The position numbers were made by a program, and so were the translations under genes. A stretch of 64,000 bases of DNA from Desulfuromonadales bacterium (GTDB lineage: Bacteria > Desulfobacterota > Desulfuromonadia > Geobacterales > Pseudopelobacteraceae), in the NCBI GenBank assembly GCA_013349405.1, contig DUZS01000004.1, forward strand, positions 94,726 to 158,725, in the 5' to 3' direction. The notes beneath the pieces were generated by a model. That model was not told where the DNA came from and did not search any database. It worked only from the letters and a program-made list of their open reading frames with translations. Below, in pieces: positions 1 to 10,606 of the stretch; position 1 is the first letter of the stretch; each line of letters begins with the position of its first letter.

Positions 1-3000
1 CGCTTTGTCGAATGGTGGTTCAAACAGGAGCACGACCCCTTCCTCCCGGAGGACAAGATGCTGCCAGGCAGACTCCAGCGCCCGCTCGGCACGAATTGGG
101 TCTGCAGTGCCGCAAAGCCAGGCCCATGACTGGGGCAGGGAGTCAATGCGTGCCTCGCTGTTGTTCGCAGAGCCGAGGGGCGAGCCGTCGTCAAACGTTC
201 CGCGCAGATACCACTCTCCGTCCCATCCGGCCAGTTCGGTCCGCCTGATCAGGCTGCTTCGATCCTCGAGATAGGCCTCGCCTAACTGAGGTTGCTCAAG
301 CTGATTCGATAATTCAGACATCCCCTGCAGTACTTCACAGAGGAACCAGGCGAGCCAGACGCTTTCCCCTTTTCCCTCTGCCCCCACGAGGTTCATCCCG
401 TCGTTCCAGTCCCCGGTGCCGATCAACGGCAGGCCATGCGGCCCGATCGTCAGGCCGCGAGCGGTGGCACGCCGGCAATGTTCAAAAAGCGTAGCGCGCT
501 CATGGCTGCTCTCCGGGACTGAGAACAGCTCATGCTGATTATCCGCCAGCGGGGGTGCGGTGAGAAAAGGTATCTCAAGGTGCAGAATGTCGAGGTCGCC
601 GCTCGTCCGGACGTAATATGCGACAACATACGGGAGCCAGAGCAGGTCGTCGGAAATGCGCGAACGTATGCCGGCACCGGCTGGTTCATGCCACCAATGC
701 TGGACATCGCCCTCGGTGAACTGCCGGCCTGCAGCCAGCAGGATCTGGGTGCGGGCCAGTTCCGGCTCTGTAAACAGGAAGGCCATGACATCCTGTAGTT
801 GATCACGAAAACCGAAGGCACCGCCTGACTGGTAAAACGCCGAACGCCCCCAGATGCGGCAGCTGAGCGTCTGATACTGAAGCCAGCGGTTGATCAGGAG
901 GTCTGCAGCCAGTTCGGGGGTGTGGACTTCAACCGTGCCGAGCAGATCATCCCACCATTTTTTTGTCTGTTCGAGAGCATCTTCCACAGCCCGATCTCCA
1001 TGAAATCCGAGCACCAGATTTCTGGCTTCTGATACGGAGTTGGACTGTCCCAGCATACAGGTGATTTCGCACATTTCACCGGGGTTCATCTCCAGGGTAA
1101 CCCGGAGTGCGGCGCAGGGGTCGAGTCCGGCACCGGTCAGCTGTGACAGCCGTGGCCGCTCCATCGCTGCCGGATCGGAGAGAGTCCGGTTCCTGCCGAT
1201 GAACGAACTGCGATCGCCACTGTATGAATCTGCCTCAGGTGTCATGGCGATAAACGTGACGCGCCCTCCGTACTCCGGGTGGTAACGGTTCCGTGCCAGC
1301 AGTGCTCTCGCTTCATTATCCCAGTTGGTTATGATATGCATCTGGGACGTCTCGCGGTTTTCGCCGAGAGTTAATTCCACATACCACGTTACCGAGAGGC
1401 GCCGCTTTCGTGAAGAAGCGTTGATGAGTCGCAGCTGCTGCAGTTTCACCGGTTTTCCGCCGTTGCCGTCCACCGGTACGAAGACCGTCAGTTCCTGCTC
1501 GATGCCGTGGCTGTTATGTTCAAAGGCCGTATAACCGGCTCCGTGACGCGCCCGATAGGCAGATTCCTCTCGAATCGGCGCCGCGGTCGGTGTCCAGAAA
1601 ATCCCGCTCTCCTCATCGCGGATGTAGAGCGCTTCCGATGCCGGGTCGAGCACCGGGTCATTCGACCAGCCGGTCAGACGATTGCGTTGGCTGTTGCCAA
1701 ACCAGGTAAAACCGCTGCCGGATTCGCTGATCATGGTGCCGAAGGTCGGATTGGCGATGACATTAACCCACGGAGCAGGGGTGGTGCTCCCCGGGCCGAG
1801 ATAGATCGCATATTCCCTTCCGTCCCGGGTAAAACCGCCAAGGCTGTTGAAATAGTTTAACTCCATGAACGGGAGAGGAGCCGATGGATACAGGGGGACA
1901 CGGCTGCGCACCAGCGTATCAGGTATATCGGGGACCTCAACCGCCACTCCTAACTGCTGAGGGAGAGTGCCGCGTGCCGCAACGAGTACGACACTGGCAA
2001 CGGCCTTAAGCAGTATCAGATCCTCCTCCGGCAGCTGCGCGGCACACTTGAGAAATATACCGCCCGCCCGGTCTGTTGCCGCGGTGACGGTATGCGCCTG
2101 GATCAGCCGTTGCAGCTGCTCCTGAAGCGGGCGCTCATAGCTCCCCGCCTCCTCGTTGAGGATTACCAGGTCGGTCGACAGGCCGTGCATGCGCCAATAG
2201 GTGTGCGCCTGAAGCATCTGGCGGACCAGACTGATCTCCCGTACTTCATCGATGGTGATCAGGACGATCGGCAGGTCGCCGGAAATTGCGTACGGCCACA
2301 ATCCCGCCTGTCCTTTGACATTGTCTTCAAGGCGCTCGGCAGGTGCCCGCAGCAGGTGATTCGGAAAGAGCAGATGGCCGGCCAATTGCTGGTAACGGCG
2401 CGCTTCGTCAGGTTGAATATGCAGCAGCTGCAGCTGCTGCTGAGCTGAACCCCAGGCAAAATCAAGTGCCCGCCCGGTTGCGTGAGGATCACGGTATTTG
2501 TCTATCAGCAGAAGCGCCTGCTCGCGAGAATCGGCGCCGGCAAGTATCAGGGAAACCTGGACGTTCTGGCCCGGCTCCAGGGTCAGGCTGTGCCGTATGC
2601 CGAGCATCGGATCGAGGACAAACCCCTCGCTGTTGCCGAGCTTCTGTACAGCCCCCTGAGGTTTTGCGAGAGTCCGCCCGCGTCCGATAAAAGCGGCACG
2701 GTCGGTTTCAAACTGAAAGGGATTTTCTTCAGACTGGTCAGACAAGTCCGAATTGTCTGAATGCCTGAGGGTCAGGCAATGGACCACATAGAGCGGCAGT
2801 TCGCTTTCACTCCGCGCTCTCCGGTAGGCAATCAGGGCCCGCTGCCCGGGGAGCGCTTCCGTCTCGATAAACAGTTTATTGAATGCCGGGTGCTGGCGAT
2901 CAGCGTTGTGCGGTGCCATGGAAAGCTCAACGTAGCTGGTCAGGTTGAGGTGGCGAGGATGTGATGAACGATTGATCAGGGTAATCCGGCGTATCTCGAC

Positions 3001-6000
3001 ATCGTCCTCCGGAGAAACAACAACCTCTGTTTCGGTGTGGATGCCGTTATCAACGCGCCTGAATACTGCGCGGTCGAGAGCAAAATCAACAGAATACTCT
3101 TTGACCGTGCCGCCAACCGGGTGATACGTGGCGGACCAGAGCCGATCATGATCACTCTCATGGATGTAGCAGAAGGTGCCGAGATTGTCGCAGGTTGGAT
3201 CTGATCGCCAGCGGGTAAGTTCACGCTCGCCCAGTTGGCTGTAGCCCCCGCCGCTGTTGGTAATCATCAAACCGTAGCGGCCGTTGGAGAGCAGCAGGCT
3301 CCGTGGCGTGGCGGTATGGGGGGTGCTGAAGGATATGACTGCAGGTGTAACCAGATCTTCATTCGGCGATGTCGGTACGGCGGGTCGTGTTGAAATCAGC
3401 TGCAGTGGCGGCAGGGTCGGTATACGCTCCTGCAGCAACGCCTCAAATGCCCGTACGCGGGGGTCGCTATGAAAGCGACGCGGGAACGGATTGCCATAAA
3501 GCATATTGGTCAAAGCCAGAAACGCCATCCCCTGGTGATGAGCCATATATGCCTCAACCACCACGCCGCGCCTGCCGGTTCTCAGCGTTTGGCGACTGAA
3601 ATCCATCGCTTCGTAATATCCATATTCCCCGAGCATACCGAGTGCTGCCAGCCGCTTCAGGTTTTTTAATGATTCGCACGGCGCCACATTCAATGCCAGC
3701 AGAGTGGCATAGGGTGCAACCACCAGCTGTTCCTCCTGGCCGCGCTTTAAACCGAGCGCAGGTACTCCGAATGCTTTGTATTGATAGGTCTTGCTCAGAT
3801 CGAGGTCAGCAAATGCAGACTCGGAGATTCCCCACGGTACTGAGCGCATCCGGCCATAGGCAATTTGTATTTCAACCGCGTCCCCGGCTGCTTTTTTCAG
3901 GAGTGAGCCTCCGTAGGAATGCTGGAACAGGAATGGCATCAGATATTCAAACATGGTGCCGGTCCAACTGAGCAGCACCCGCTGACGACCAATAGCACCA
4001 TAGGGGCGCCCCAGTGAAAACCAGTGTTCCAGTGGCACATCTCCCCGTGCGATGGCGACGAAACTGCCGAGCCGCGCTTCACTGGCGAGAAGATCGTAAC
4101 TCGAATTGTCAAGACGATCCGTGGAAACGTTGTAGCCGATGGCAAACAGTTTGTGTTTGGGGTCATAGAGAAAGCGCATGTTCATTGCGCTTGAAAGCTC
4201 ACGGATAGCTGCAGTTAACTGGCCGGCTTTCTCCAGGGTTTCCGCGGCCTGCAGCTGAGCTGTTGCAAATGCCGCCATTATCCGGTCGAGCCATGGGGTG
4301 AGCGGAGCAATGTCCGGGGAGGATTCGGCGCGAATTGCACGAAGAATCCGGATCGAGCTGATCTGGTCATAGGCAAGGGCAGAGAGTGATGGCGACTGTG
4401 TGAGATCCTGACTAATGGCAAGTAGTGCAACCGGACCAAGCGGAGCCAGCTCCGACCCGGTTTTTTCCGCAAGAATCTCTATCCAGGTGAGATAGCGTTC
4501 ACCGTTCTGAACCCAGGCCAATGTCTGCAGTCCAAGCGCAATCCCCCACGGTTCGGCTCCTGCGGCAGCAACAACAGACCTGACATCCGTCGCTATCAGC
4601 CGTTGCCGGGAAAGAAGCTCTGTGATACCCGATGGTGCGGCATACCACGAATGCAGCAGTTGCTCGAGCGGCTGGCAATAGAGACAACTGCTTCCTTCTG
4701 ATGCCGCAGCCAGTTTCAGCAGTTCTCCGGTATCAGCCAGACCGGCACAGGCTGTGTCAGTAAAAAGCGGTGCGTGCAGCAGTTCTTCAATTCCCTGGTC
4801 AAGTGCCCAGAGGGCACCGAGCAGATTTCCACTGTCTACGGTTGAAACATAGCGCGGTTCGAGAGGAGTCAGGGCCTGAATGTCGTACCAGTTGAGGAGA
4901 TGTCCTTCATAGCGTTCCAGGCGATTGATGCTTGCCATGCTTTCGGTCAGAGCGTCTATCACTTGATCAATCGTCAGGTACCCTGAATCGTGGGCTCCGA
5001 GAACAGCCGTCATCCAGAGGCCGATGTTGGTAGGACTGGTGCGCATCGCCACGCGGTTTTGATGGGCGACCTGAAAGTTGTCGGGCGGTAACCAGGATGT
5101 TTCTGCAGTGACAAATGTTGAAAAATAGCGCCAGGTGCGCCGGGCAATCTGCCTGAGGAAGCGCCGGTCTGCTTCTGTAAGAGGGTGTGCCGATTTTTCG
5201 ACGGGGCGCAGATTAAGGAGCCACGCGAGTAGCGGAGATAAAAACCAGAGCGTAAGCCAGGGAGCGGCGTGCGGCAGGCTGGTTGGCGTGAAGTGCCAGA
5301 TTGCCCACCCAACCCCGGCGCTGAAGGCACTGCCAAGAGCCAGCCCGGCAACGAACAGCGGCTGGCGGCGGGTGGCACTCCACTCTGTCGCCTGGGCGGT
5401 CCACTCCAGCAGGTTGCGCTGAGAAATCATACGCCGGTACCAGACTCGGGCAATGGCATCCAGAGTTACGGCTGACTGATGCGGAATCAAAGCCGCATCA
5501 GTTGCTGCCCGCAGCAGATCGTGCAGCAGCTTCGACGGGGAGAAGTATTTCAGTCCCTTGGGGGTGGTAGCCATGGTAAACGGCTGCGCCAGAGGATGGA
5601 AAAGGAGCTGCATGCCGACGACCAGTGTGGCAATTCCCGCGACCAGCGGGGATACGAACCAGGAGGTCACCAGCAGGCCGAAACTTGTCGCCGGCAGCAG
5701 GCTGCGGCGCAGGTTGTCAAGAATTTTCCAGCGATTGAGCAGTGAGAGATGGTTGGTCCCGCGCCCACCCAGAGCATGCGGCACCCGCGGTAAAATCCAT
5801 CCCGCGATCTGCCAGTCTCCACGCACCCAGCGATGAGTGCGGCTGCTGTAATTTTGATACCCCTGGGGGAATTCATCGTACAGTTCAATATCACTGGCCA
5901 ATCCCACCCGGACATGGGCGCCTTCGATCAGATCGTGACTGAGCACCCACTCTTCCGGAAAGCGCCCGGACAGTACGCGACTGAAAGCCCGTACATCGTA

Positions 6001-8607
6001 GATCCCCTTGCCATGATATGAACCCTCGCCACTCAGATCCTGATAGACATCTGAGATTGCCTGAGTATAGGGATCAATTCCGACTGAATCGGCGAAAAGT
6101 CGACTGAAAATCGAGACGCTAGTGCTTGGCAGGGTTGGACTCACCCGGGGCTGGATGATCGTGTACGAACCGGGCAGGATGGCACCGGCGGCATCAAAGC
6201 GTGGCTGGTTGAGCGGATGCGCCAGGGTTTCGACCATCCTGCGGGCGGTTCCGTGTGGCAGTTGGGTGTCACTGTCGAGTGTGATGATAAAGCGGACGTC
6301 AGTCAAGCGGTGGGGATCGCCGAGGTAGACCAGCTGTGCTGCATCCTCAGGGCGCGTGCCGTCAATGAGGCGGTTCAACTCCTCGAGTTTGCCCCGTTTG
6401 CGCTCCCAACCGATAAATTTCTGTTCAGAATCACACCAGATGCGTTCACGATGGAACAGAAAAAAACGCTCGGCGCCATAGCGCAGGTTGAGTTGTGACA
6501 GGCAGTCAGTAGCGAGTTGCAGCAGCTGGCTGTCATCGTTACGGGAAAGTGTCGGTGAGTCGGTATAATCTGTAAAGAGACTGAAGAGCAGATTTGCTTC
6601 TTTATTTGCCAGGTACCGGATCTCCAGTTTTTCCACTTCGGCCCGTACCGTAGCGACGTTTGTCAGCATCATCGGGACAACTACCAACGTGCGGAATTCA
6701 TCAGGGATCCCCGATACTTCAAAATCCATTTTGGCCAGGGGGCGAGGCGGCAGAAGTCGCGTGATGAGGTAATTCACCACTTCAATTGCCAACTGGCTGA
6801 CCGGAACCAGCATGAGCAGCAGCAGCCCGATGCGGATAGCGGGCGGTGGACCGGTATGGCCGTAAGTGGCAATCAGGACCATGTAGAGTGTGGTGAGACC
6901 GCTGATGCCGAACAGATACACGGCTGTGTGGTGAGACATGATCCATGCGAGGGTGCGATAGCGCAGTGACTCGCGGCATCCGAGCAGCTGGGCCAATGCG
7001 GCCCGCCCCTCCCCGGTCAGCCAGAAGCAGACATGGGTGCGCAGATTGTTACGCACCGCCTCGCGCCCTGATTTTATTGCCGCCGTGATAACCTGATCCG
7101 CAACCTGCTCCTCGCGTATGCCGGCAGCATGGGCAAGCTCTTCAACAGCCCGACGACAACGGTCACGGGTTGCAAAATCCATGTGTGGATAGACGCCGGA
7201 CGGATCGCGGCGCAGCGTCTGTTCCACCCGGCTGAGTTGCTCAAACAGTTCCCGCCAATCGAGCAGCGCCAGCAGACGCAGGCTGGTGATGGCGTTGCCG
7301 CAGGAGAGCTGCTCCCTGGTCTGACGGTTTTGCTCTCGCTGATTAACTTCGTGGAGAGGGCTTTTAAGCGTGCGCTCAAGCCAGGTCTGGACCGGTGACA
7401 ATGCGACCTCTTCGTCGTAGAGCAGGCTTACCAGTTGGGCAGCAAAATAGGGGCTGGGATGCGCTTTCGCTTTTGCGAGTTCCGCCAGTATCGCGAAAAG
7501 ATGATTTGAATCGCGGCGAGTGGCGGCAATCAGGCGGTTTGCCCAGAATTCGGCCAGCTGGTGTTCGCGCAGGTCCGCCAGTGCAGTGACGGCAAGACTC
7601 TGAACGCTTTCAATTAACGCCATGCGCAGCATCTGTGGAATTGCCCACAGTTCGCCGATGGTCAGCGTCCGCACCGCCTGATATTCTTCAATAAACTGCA
7701 GGATGTTTTCCCGTTCCAGGCGCAACTCGGTATGAGAGACAAGGTTCTTGGCCAGATCGTAGATACAGGGGAGGCCACGGTTTGGTTCAGAGGCCAGCGA
7801 GGGGAGTTGCCGGTAATAACGCCGGGGGAGATTCAGCAGGACATCGCGAACATTACCCTCCAGAATGTACTCGTTATCCAGAATCCAATCGGCAGCCGGC
7901 GTGGCTTTCTGCTCCAGGCGGCTTGCTGCGGTAAGGTCTTCGCATACCTGACGGACATGGAGGCGGGATTGTTTGAGGCGTTTGAGCAGTTCAGGACTGC
8001 TTTGCGGTTTCAGAACCACCTGTTGTTCCAGAGCATGGCGATGGGCATGTTCAAGTATCTGCGTCGGGGAGAGTTTTAGTGCCGTAATCCGGGCTTCAGC
8101 ACGGCGCTCACGTTTTGGATGCATGATAAACAGTGCCGGAGGTGGGTCGCCACTTTCCCGTAGCAGCTTCATCGGACGGTGCAGCGATCCAACCGGTGCC
8201 TGGAGAATCAGGACTGATTCACCGGACACGAGCCAGCGGGCATGATTACGCATGACAACTGCATCAACTCCATACCGGGAACGGCGAAACAATTGAGTTG
8301 TTGCGAGTATTCCGATAGCAGAAGTTCCTATGACGAGAATCAGCGTAGTGGGAAGGGTGCCGAAGAAGACAAGCTGCAACGGCTGCATGAACAGAGAGAT
8401 ACCCCAGCCAATGCCGCCGGAGAGCAAGGCAGCAACAATGACTCTGAGTGCACGGCGCCACAGAAAAGGATCACCGATATGAATAGTGGCCTCAGAACTC
8501 TTGCGCACCAGGGCGATGCGATGGAAACCTTGCCGCATAAGTTCCCTGAGAGCCCTCCGGGCTTCATCTCTGTTCGTGTAGTACCCGATGAGAATGCCAA
8601 TGTTCAC
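1..8607 (-). CDS. ndvB: giant cyclic beta-1,2-glucan synthase family protein (NdvB/ChvB/Cgs-like: N-terminal TM segments, GT84-type glycosyltransferase core, GH94-like C-terminal region); 3' end runs off the left edge
   Basis: Manual minus-strand translation, spot-checked codon by codon at several points, gives an open frame from GTG at 8607 to position 1 (8607 = 3 x 2869). It is absent from the ORF track because no stop lies in the window. No other ORF over 136 aa exists in 1-8600. Family hallmarks read directly: ADWILDNEYILE, FIITLDSDTQLPHG, GKGIYDVRAF, LSHDLIEGAHVR, RWVRGDWQI. Confidence 0.9.
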   Translation of the reverse strand, partial: MNIGILIGYYTNRDEARRALRELMRQGFHRIALVRKSSEATIHIGDPFLWRRALRVIVAALLSGGIGWGISLFMQPLQLVFFGTLPTTLILVIGTSAIGILATTQLFRRSRYGVDAVVMRNHARWLVSGESVLILQAPVGSLHRPMKLLRESGDPPPALFIMHPKRERRAEARITALKLSPTQILEHAHRHALEQQVVLKPQSSPELLKRLKQSRLHVRQVCEDLTAASRLEQKATPAADWILDNEYILEGNVRDVLLNLPRRYYRQLPSLASEPNRGLPCIYDLAKNLVSHTELRLERENILQFIEEYQAVRTLTIGELWAIPQMLRMALIESVQSLAVTALADLREHQLAEFWANRLIAATRRDSNHLFAILAELAKAKAHPSPYFAAQLVSLLYDEEVALSPVQTWLERTLKSPLHEVNQREQNRQTREQLSCGNAITSLRLLALLDWRELFEQLSRVEQTLRRDPSGVYPHMDFATRDRCRRAVEELAHAAGIREEQVADQVITAAIKSGREAVRNNLRTHVCFWLTGEGRAALAQLLGCRESLRYRTLAWIMSHHTAVYLFGISGLTTLYMVLIATYGHTGPPPAIRIGLLLLMLVPVSQLAIEVVNYLITRLLPPRPLAKMDFEVSGIPDEFRTLVVVPMMLTNVATVRAEVEKLEIRYLANKEANLLFSLFTDYTDSPTLSRNDDSQLLQLATDCLSQLNLRYGAERFFLFHRERIWCDSEQKFIGWERKRGKLEELNRLIDGTRPEDAAQLVYLGDPHRLTDVRFIITLDSDTQLPHGTARRMVETLAHPLNQPRFDAAGAILPGSYTIIQPRVSPTLPSTSVSIFSRLFADSVGIDPYTQAISDVYQDLSGEGSYHGKGIYDVRAFSRVLSGRFPEEWVLSHDLIEGAHVRVGLASDIELYDEFPQGYQNYSSRTHRWVRGDWQIAGWILPRVPHALGGRGTNHLSLLNRWKILDNLRRSLLPATSFGLLVTSWFVSPLVAGIATLVVGMQLLFHPLAQPFTMATTPKGLKYFSPSKLLHDLLRAATDAALIPHQSAVTLDAIARVWYRRMISQRNLLEWTAQATEWSATRRQPLFVAGLALGSAFSAGVGWAIWHFTPTSLPHAAPWLTLWFLSPLLAWLLNLRPVEKSAHPLTEADRRFLRQIARRTWRYFSTFVTAETSWLPPDNFQVAHQNRVAMRTSPTNIGLWMTAVLGAHDSGYLTIDQVIDALTESMASINRLERYEGHLLNWYDIQALTPLEPRYVSTVDSGNLLGALWALDQGIEELLHAPLFTDTACAGLADTGELLKLAAASEGSSCLYCQPLEQLLHSWYAAPSGITELLSRQRLIATDVRSVVAAAGAEPWGIALGLQTLAWVQNGERYLTWIEILAEKTGSELAPLGPVALLAISQDLTQSPSLSALAYDQISSIRILRAIRAESSPDIAPLTPWLDRIMAAFATAQLQAAETLEKAGQLTAAIRELSSAMNMRFLYDPKHKLFAIGYNVSTDRLDNSSYDLLASEARLGSFVAIARGDVPLEHWFSLGRPYGAIGRQRVLLSWTGTMFEYLMPFLFQHSYGGSLLKKAAGDAVEIQIAYGRMRSVPWGISESAFADLDLSKTYQYKAFGVPALGLKRGQEEQLVVAPYATLLALNVAPCESLKNLKRLAALGMLGEYGYYEAMDFSRQTLRTGRRGVVVEAYMAHHQGMAFLALTNMLYGNPFPRRFHSDPRVRAFEALLQERIPTLPPLQLISTRPAVPTSPNEDLVTPAVISFSTPHTATPRSLLLSNGRYGLMITNSGGGYSQLGERELTRWRSDPTCDNLGTFCYIHESDHDRLWSATYHPVGGTVKEYSVDFALDRAVFRRVDNGIHTETEVVVSPEDDVEIRRITLINRSSHPRHLNLTSYVELSMAPHNADRQHPAFNKLFIETEALPGQRALIAYRRARSESELPLYVVHCLTLRHSDNSDLSDQSEENPFQFETDRAAFIGRGRTLAKPQGAVQKLGNSEGFVLDPMLGIRHSLTLEPGQNVQVSLILAGADSREQALLLIDKYRDPHATGRALDFAWGSAQQQLQLLHIQPDEARRYQQLAGHLLFPNHLLRAPAERLEDNVKGQAGLWPYAISGDLPIVLITIDEVREISLVRQMLQAHTYWRMHGLSTDLVILNEEAGSYERPLQEQLQRLIQAHTVTAATDRAGGIFLKCAAQLPEEDLILLKAVASVVLVAARGTLPQQLGVAVEVPDIPDTLVRSRVPLYPSAPLPFMELNYFNSLGGFTRDGREYAIYLGPGSTTPAPWVNVIANPTFGTMISESGSGFTWFGNSQRNRLTGWSNDPVLDPASEALYIRDEESGIFWTPTAAPIREESAYRARHGAGYTAFEHNSHGIEQELTVFVPVDGNGGKPVKLQQLRLINASSRKRRLSVTWYVELTLGENRETSQMHIITNWDNEARALLARNRYHPEYGGRVTFIAMTPEADSYSGDRSSFIGRNRTLSDPAAMERPRLSQLTGAGLDPCAALRVTLEMNPGEMCEITCMLGQSNSVSEARNLVLGFHGDRAVEDALEQTKKWWDDLLGTVEVHTPELAADLLINRWLQYQTLSCRIWGRSAFYQSGGAFGFRDQLQDVMAFLFTEPELARTQILLAAGRQFTEGDVQHWWHEPAGAGIRSRISDDLLWLPYVVAYYVRTSGDLDILHLEIPFLTAPPLADNQHELFSVPESSHERATLFEHCRRATARGLTIGPHGLPLIGTGDWNDGMNLVGAEGKGESVWLAWFLCEVLQGMSELSNQLEQPQLGEAYLEDRSSLIRRTELAGWDGEWYLRGTFDDGSPLGSANNSEARIDSLPQSWAWLCGTADPIRAERALESAWQHLVLREEGVVLLFEPPFDKA

Positions 8608-9476
8608 GAGATATCCTTTCTATTTTTATGTTCAAGCTCCGCAATAACCTGAGCGCCGAGAAGCAGAATTATCGTGACAACTTCAATGCTGAGAAGGGCT
8701 ACCACCGTAATGGAGATGGAGCCGTAAATGATATTCACCATCGAGATCGCTGCGTAATACCAGACCAGTAGCCGGCGGGTAATCTCCCATAAAATCGCGG
8801 CAACCAGGCCGCCGATAAGGGCGTAGCGAAATCTGACCTGCACTGTCGGCATTACCAGATAGATGGAGGTGAGCATCAACACTTCGCCGACAATTCCCAA
8901 GATATAGAGTGCCACTCCGTTTGTACCGCCAAGGTCGAGACTCCAGCCCCGAAATGTCACACTCGTACTTTCCAGTGTCTCGATAGCACCGACAATAAAC
9001 GATACCAGGACGATGCCGAGGCCCATGGCAATGATGTACAGATAGGGAATGAGCGCGGAAACGAGAAAGTTGCGCCGTTTGACCCTGATCCGTTGGGAAA
9101 AGATTACTGACATGGCGTTTTCAAGCATTGAAAAAGCGAGAGAGCTGAAAAACAGCATGCCGAGGAAACCGATGATGCCGACCGTCCCGCGGTGTTCAAG
9201 GAATGCCCGCACCTGTTCAGTCAGCGTTGCCGCATACCCGGGAATGACCATTTCAAGGTACGTTGACAGCGTATGAATCAGTTGTTGCTCTTCTATGAGA
9301 TGGGTCAGTACTATCAGTGCGATGATGGAGAGCGGTATGATTGACAGCAGGGTGTAATAGGCAACCGCTCCGGACAGCAAGAACCCCTGATTTCGCATGA
9401 ACCCTCGTGCAACCTGCAGCAGGAACCTGGAGATGCGAACCGATACCTGATAGATGTTTTGAGTGGTGTCTCTCAT
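8604..9476 (-). CDS. YihY/BrkB family inner-membrane protein
   Basis: ORF 8604-9509. The LLSGAVAYYTLLSIIPLSIIALIVL motif and about 6 TM segments fit the family. The start is moved to ATG 9476 because 9508-9533 is a terminator. The TGA stop overlaps the GTG start of the glucan synthase (GTGA). Confidence 0.8.
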   Translation of the reverse strand: MRDTTQNIYQVSVRISRFLLQVARGFMRNQGFLLSGAVAYYTLLSIIPLSIIALIVLTHLIEEQQLIHTLSTYLEMVIPGYAATLTEQVRAFLEHRGTVGIIGFLGMLFFSSLAFSMLENAMSVIFSQRIRVKRRNFLVSALIPYLYIIAMGLGIVLVSFIVGAIETLESTSVTFRGWSLDLGGTNGVALYILGIVGEVLMLTSIYLVMPTVQVRFRYALIGGLVAAILWEITRRLLVWYYAAISMVNIIYGSISITVVALLSIEVVTIILLLGAQVIAELEHKNRKDIS

Positions 9477-9507
9477 TCGTACGGTTCCGATACTGTCCCG
9501 TTCAGGC

Positions 9508-9533
9508 AAAAAAAAGGCGCACCACAGTGCGCC
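9508..9533 (-). terminator. intrinsic terminator between the BON gene and yihY
   Basis: Minus-strand RNA reads GGCGCAC-UGUG-GUGCGCC followed by 8 U. It lies 18 nt after the BON gene stop. Confidence 0.75.
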
Positions 9534-9550
9534 CCTTACAGAGAGTCAGA

Positions 9551-10312
9551 TTATTCAATGGTCATCCGGTTAATTACTTTCGTCACGCCGTTTACGTCGT
9601 TGGCGATTTTGGTAGCGAGATCTTTTTCAGTGACACTCTTTGCCTTGCCGTCCAGTGTTACCACACCACGCTTGGTTTTAACGGTGGTGTGGATGGCACT
9701 GGTCGAACGATGATAGAGCAGAGTCGATTTAACCTGGGCAGTAATGGAGGAATCGTCAATTTTTTCACCGATAGTACGCTTCGTTTTTGCGTGCTTACCG
9801 ACAGTCATCTCATTTATGACGTCTTTAACTCCTTCGACATCCTTGGTATATTCAGTCGTCAACTCTTTTTGCGCCTGGCTGGAAGCAACACCTCTCAGAG
9901 TCACGATGCCGTCCTTGACGTCAACTTCTGTTGCCAGGCCGCTGACGCTGCGATGAAAAGAAAGAGTGATTTTAACTTTATCGCGCAGCCACGCATCCGA
10001 GTTTGCGGTTGGTGGTGCCCCTTTTGTTTCGAGTCGGTTATCAACATTCGTGACACCGGGAAGGCCGGCGACAGTATCCTCGGCCAATGACTTGTGGTAG
10101 CTTTCAGTAACGGTTCCGGTCAGCACAACGGCACCGTTTTTCGCCTGAACTTTTATGTCATCAGTTTTGAGGTAGGTCTTGAACACATATGAATTCTTTG
10201 CCGATGATTCAATGCGGCTGTCAGTTTGTTTTGCAGCGTGTACAAACGGTACACTCAGTGCCAGCAAAGATGCCGCCGTCACCATAATTGATAATGATTT
10301 TGATACATTCAT
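9551..10312 (-). CDS. periplasmic BON-domain protein (three BON repeats, OsmY-like)
   Basis: Signal peptide MNVSKSLSIMVTAASLLALSVPFVHA. Three repeats of the BON pattern (for example VDVKDGIVTLRGVASS...VEGVKDVINEMTV). Confidence 0.85.
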   Translation of the reverse strand: MNVSKSLSIMVTAASLLALSVPFVHAAKQTDSRIESSAKNSYVFKTYLKTDDIKVQAKNGAVVLTGTVTESYHKSLAEDTVAGLPGVTNVDNRLETKGAPPTANSDAWLRDKVKITLSFHRSVSGLATEVDVKDGIVTLRGVASSQAQKELTTEYTKDVEGVKDVINEMTVGKHAKTKRTIGEKIDDSSITAQVKSTLLYHRSTSAIHTTVKTKRGVVTLDGKAKSVTEKDLATKIANDVNGVTKVINRMTIE

Positions 10313-10347
10313 AGCGTGTTCTCCTTTTATCTGGTGGTTTGTAAATT

Positions 10348-10530
10348 CTACTTCCCCAATACTTTCTTGATCTGGCCAAGTTTTTCCTGAACTCTGCCGG
10401 CGATCTTTTCACCGACTCCTGCAGCTTCCAAATCCGGATCCTCATTAAGTCTTCCGGCGATCTCTTTAGCCGTACCCTTCAACTCGTGAAACGCCCCTTC
10501 TGTCTTGTCTCTGATGCTCGATTTCATCAT
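10348..10530 (-). CDS. CsbD-family general stress protein (60 aa)
   Basis: MMKSSIRDKTEGAFHELKGTAKEIAGRL...GEKIAGRVQEKLGQ matches the CsbD pattern. GGAGG sits 6 nt upstream of ATG 10530. The track ORF start at 10611 lies upstream of the promoter. Confidence 0.85.
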   Translation of the reverse strand: MMKSSIRDKTEGAFHELKGTAKEIAGRLNEDPDLEAAGVGEKIAGRVQEKLGQIKKVLGK

Positions 10531-10606
10531 GGTATCCTCCTTAAGGACAACAGCTTGAATTTTGCAGATGACACACCTGATTCCATGTCCTGCTGCAAAG
10601 CTGATT

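Noticed and set aside
1-8600. An apparent 8.6-kb region with no ORF longer than 136 aa in the track. It could be mistaken for non-coding, pseudogenised or RNA-coding DNA.
   Set aside because: Manual translation shows a single open minus-strand frame (GTG 8607 to position 1, exactly 2869 codons) with glucan-synthase motifs. The track omits ORFs that lack an in-window stop. The same is true of dnaK at the right edge.
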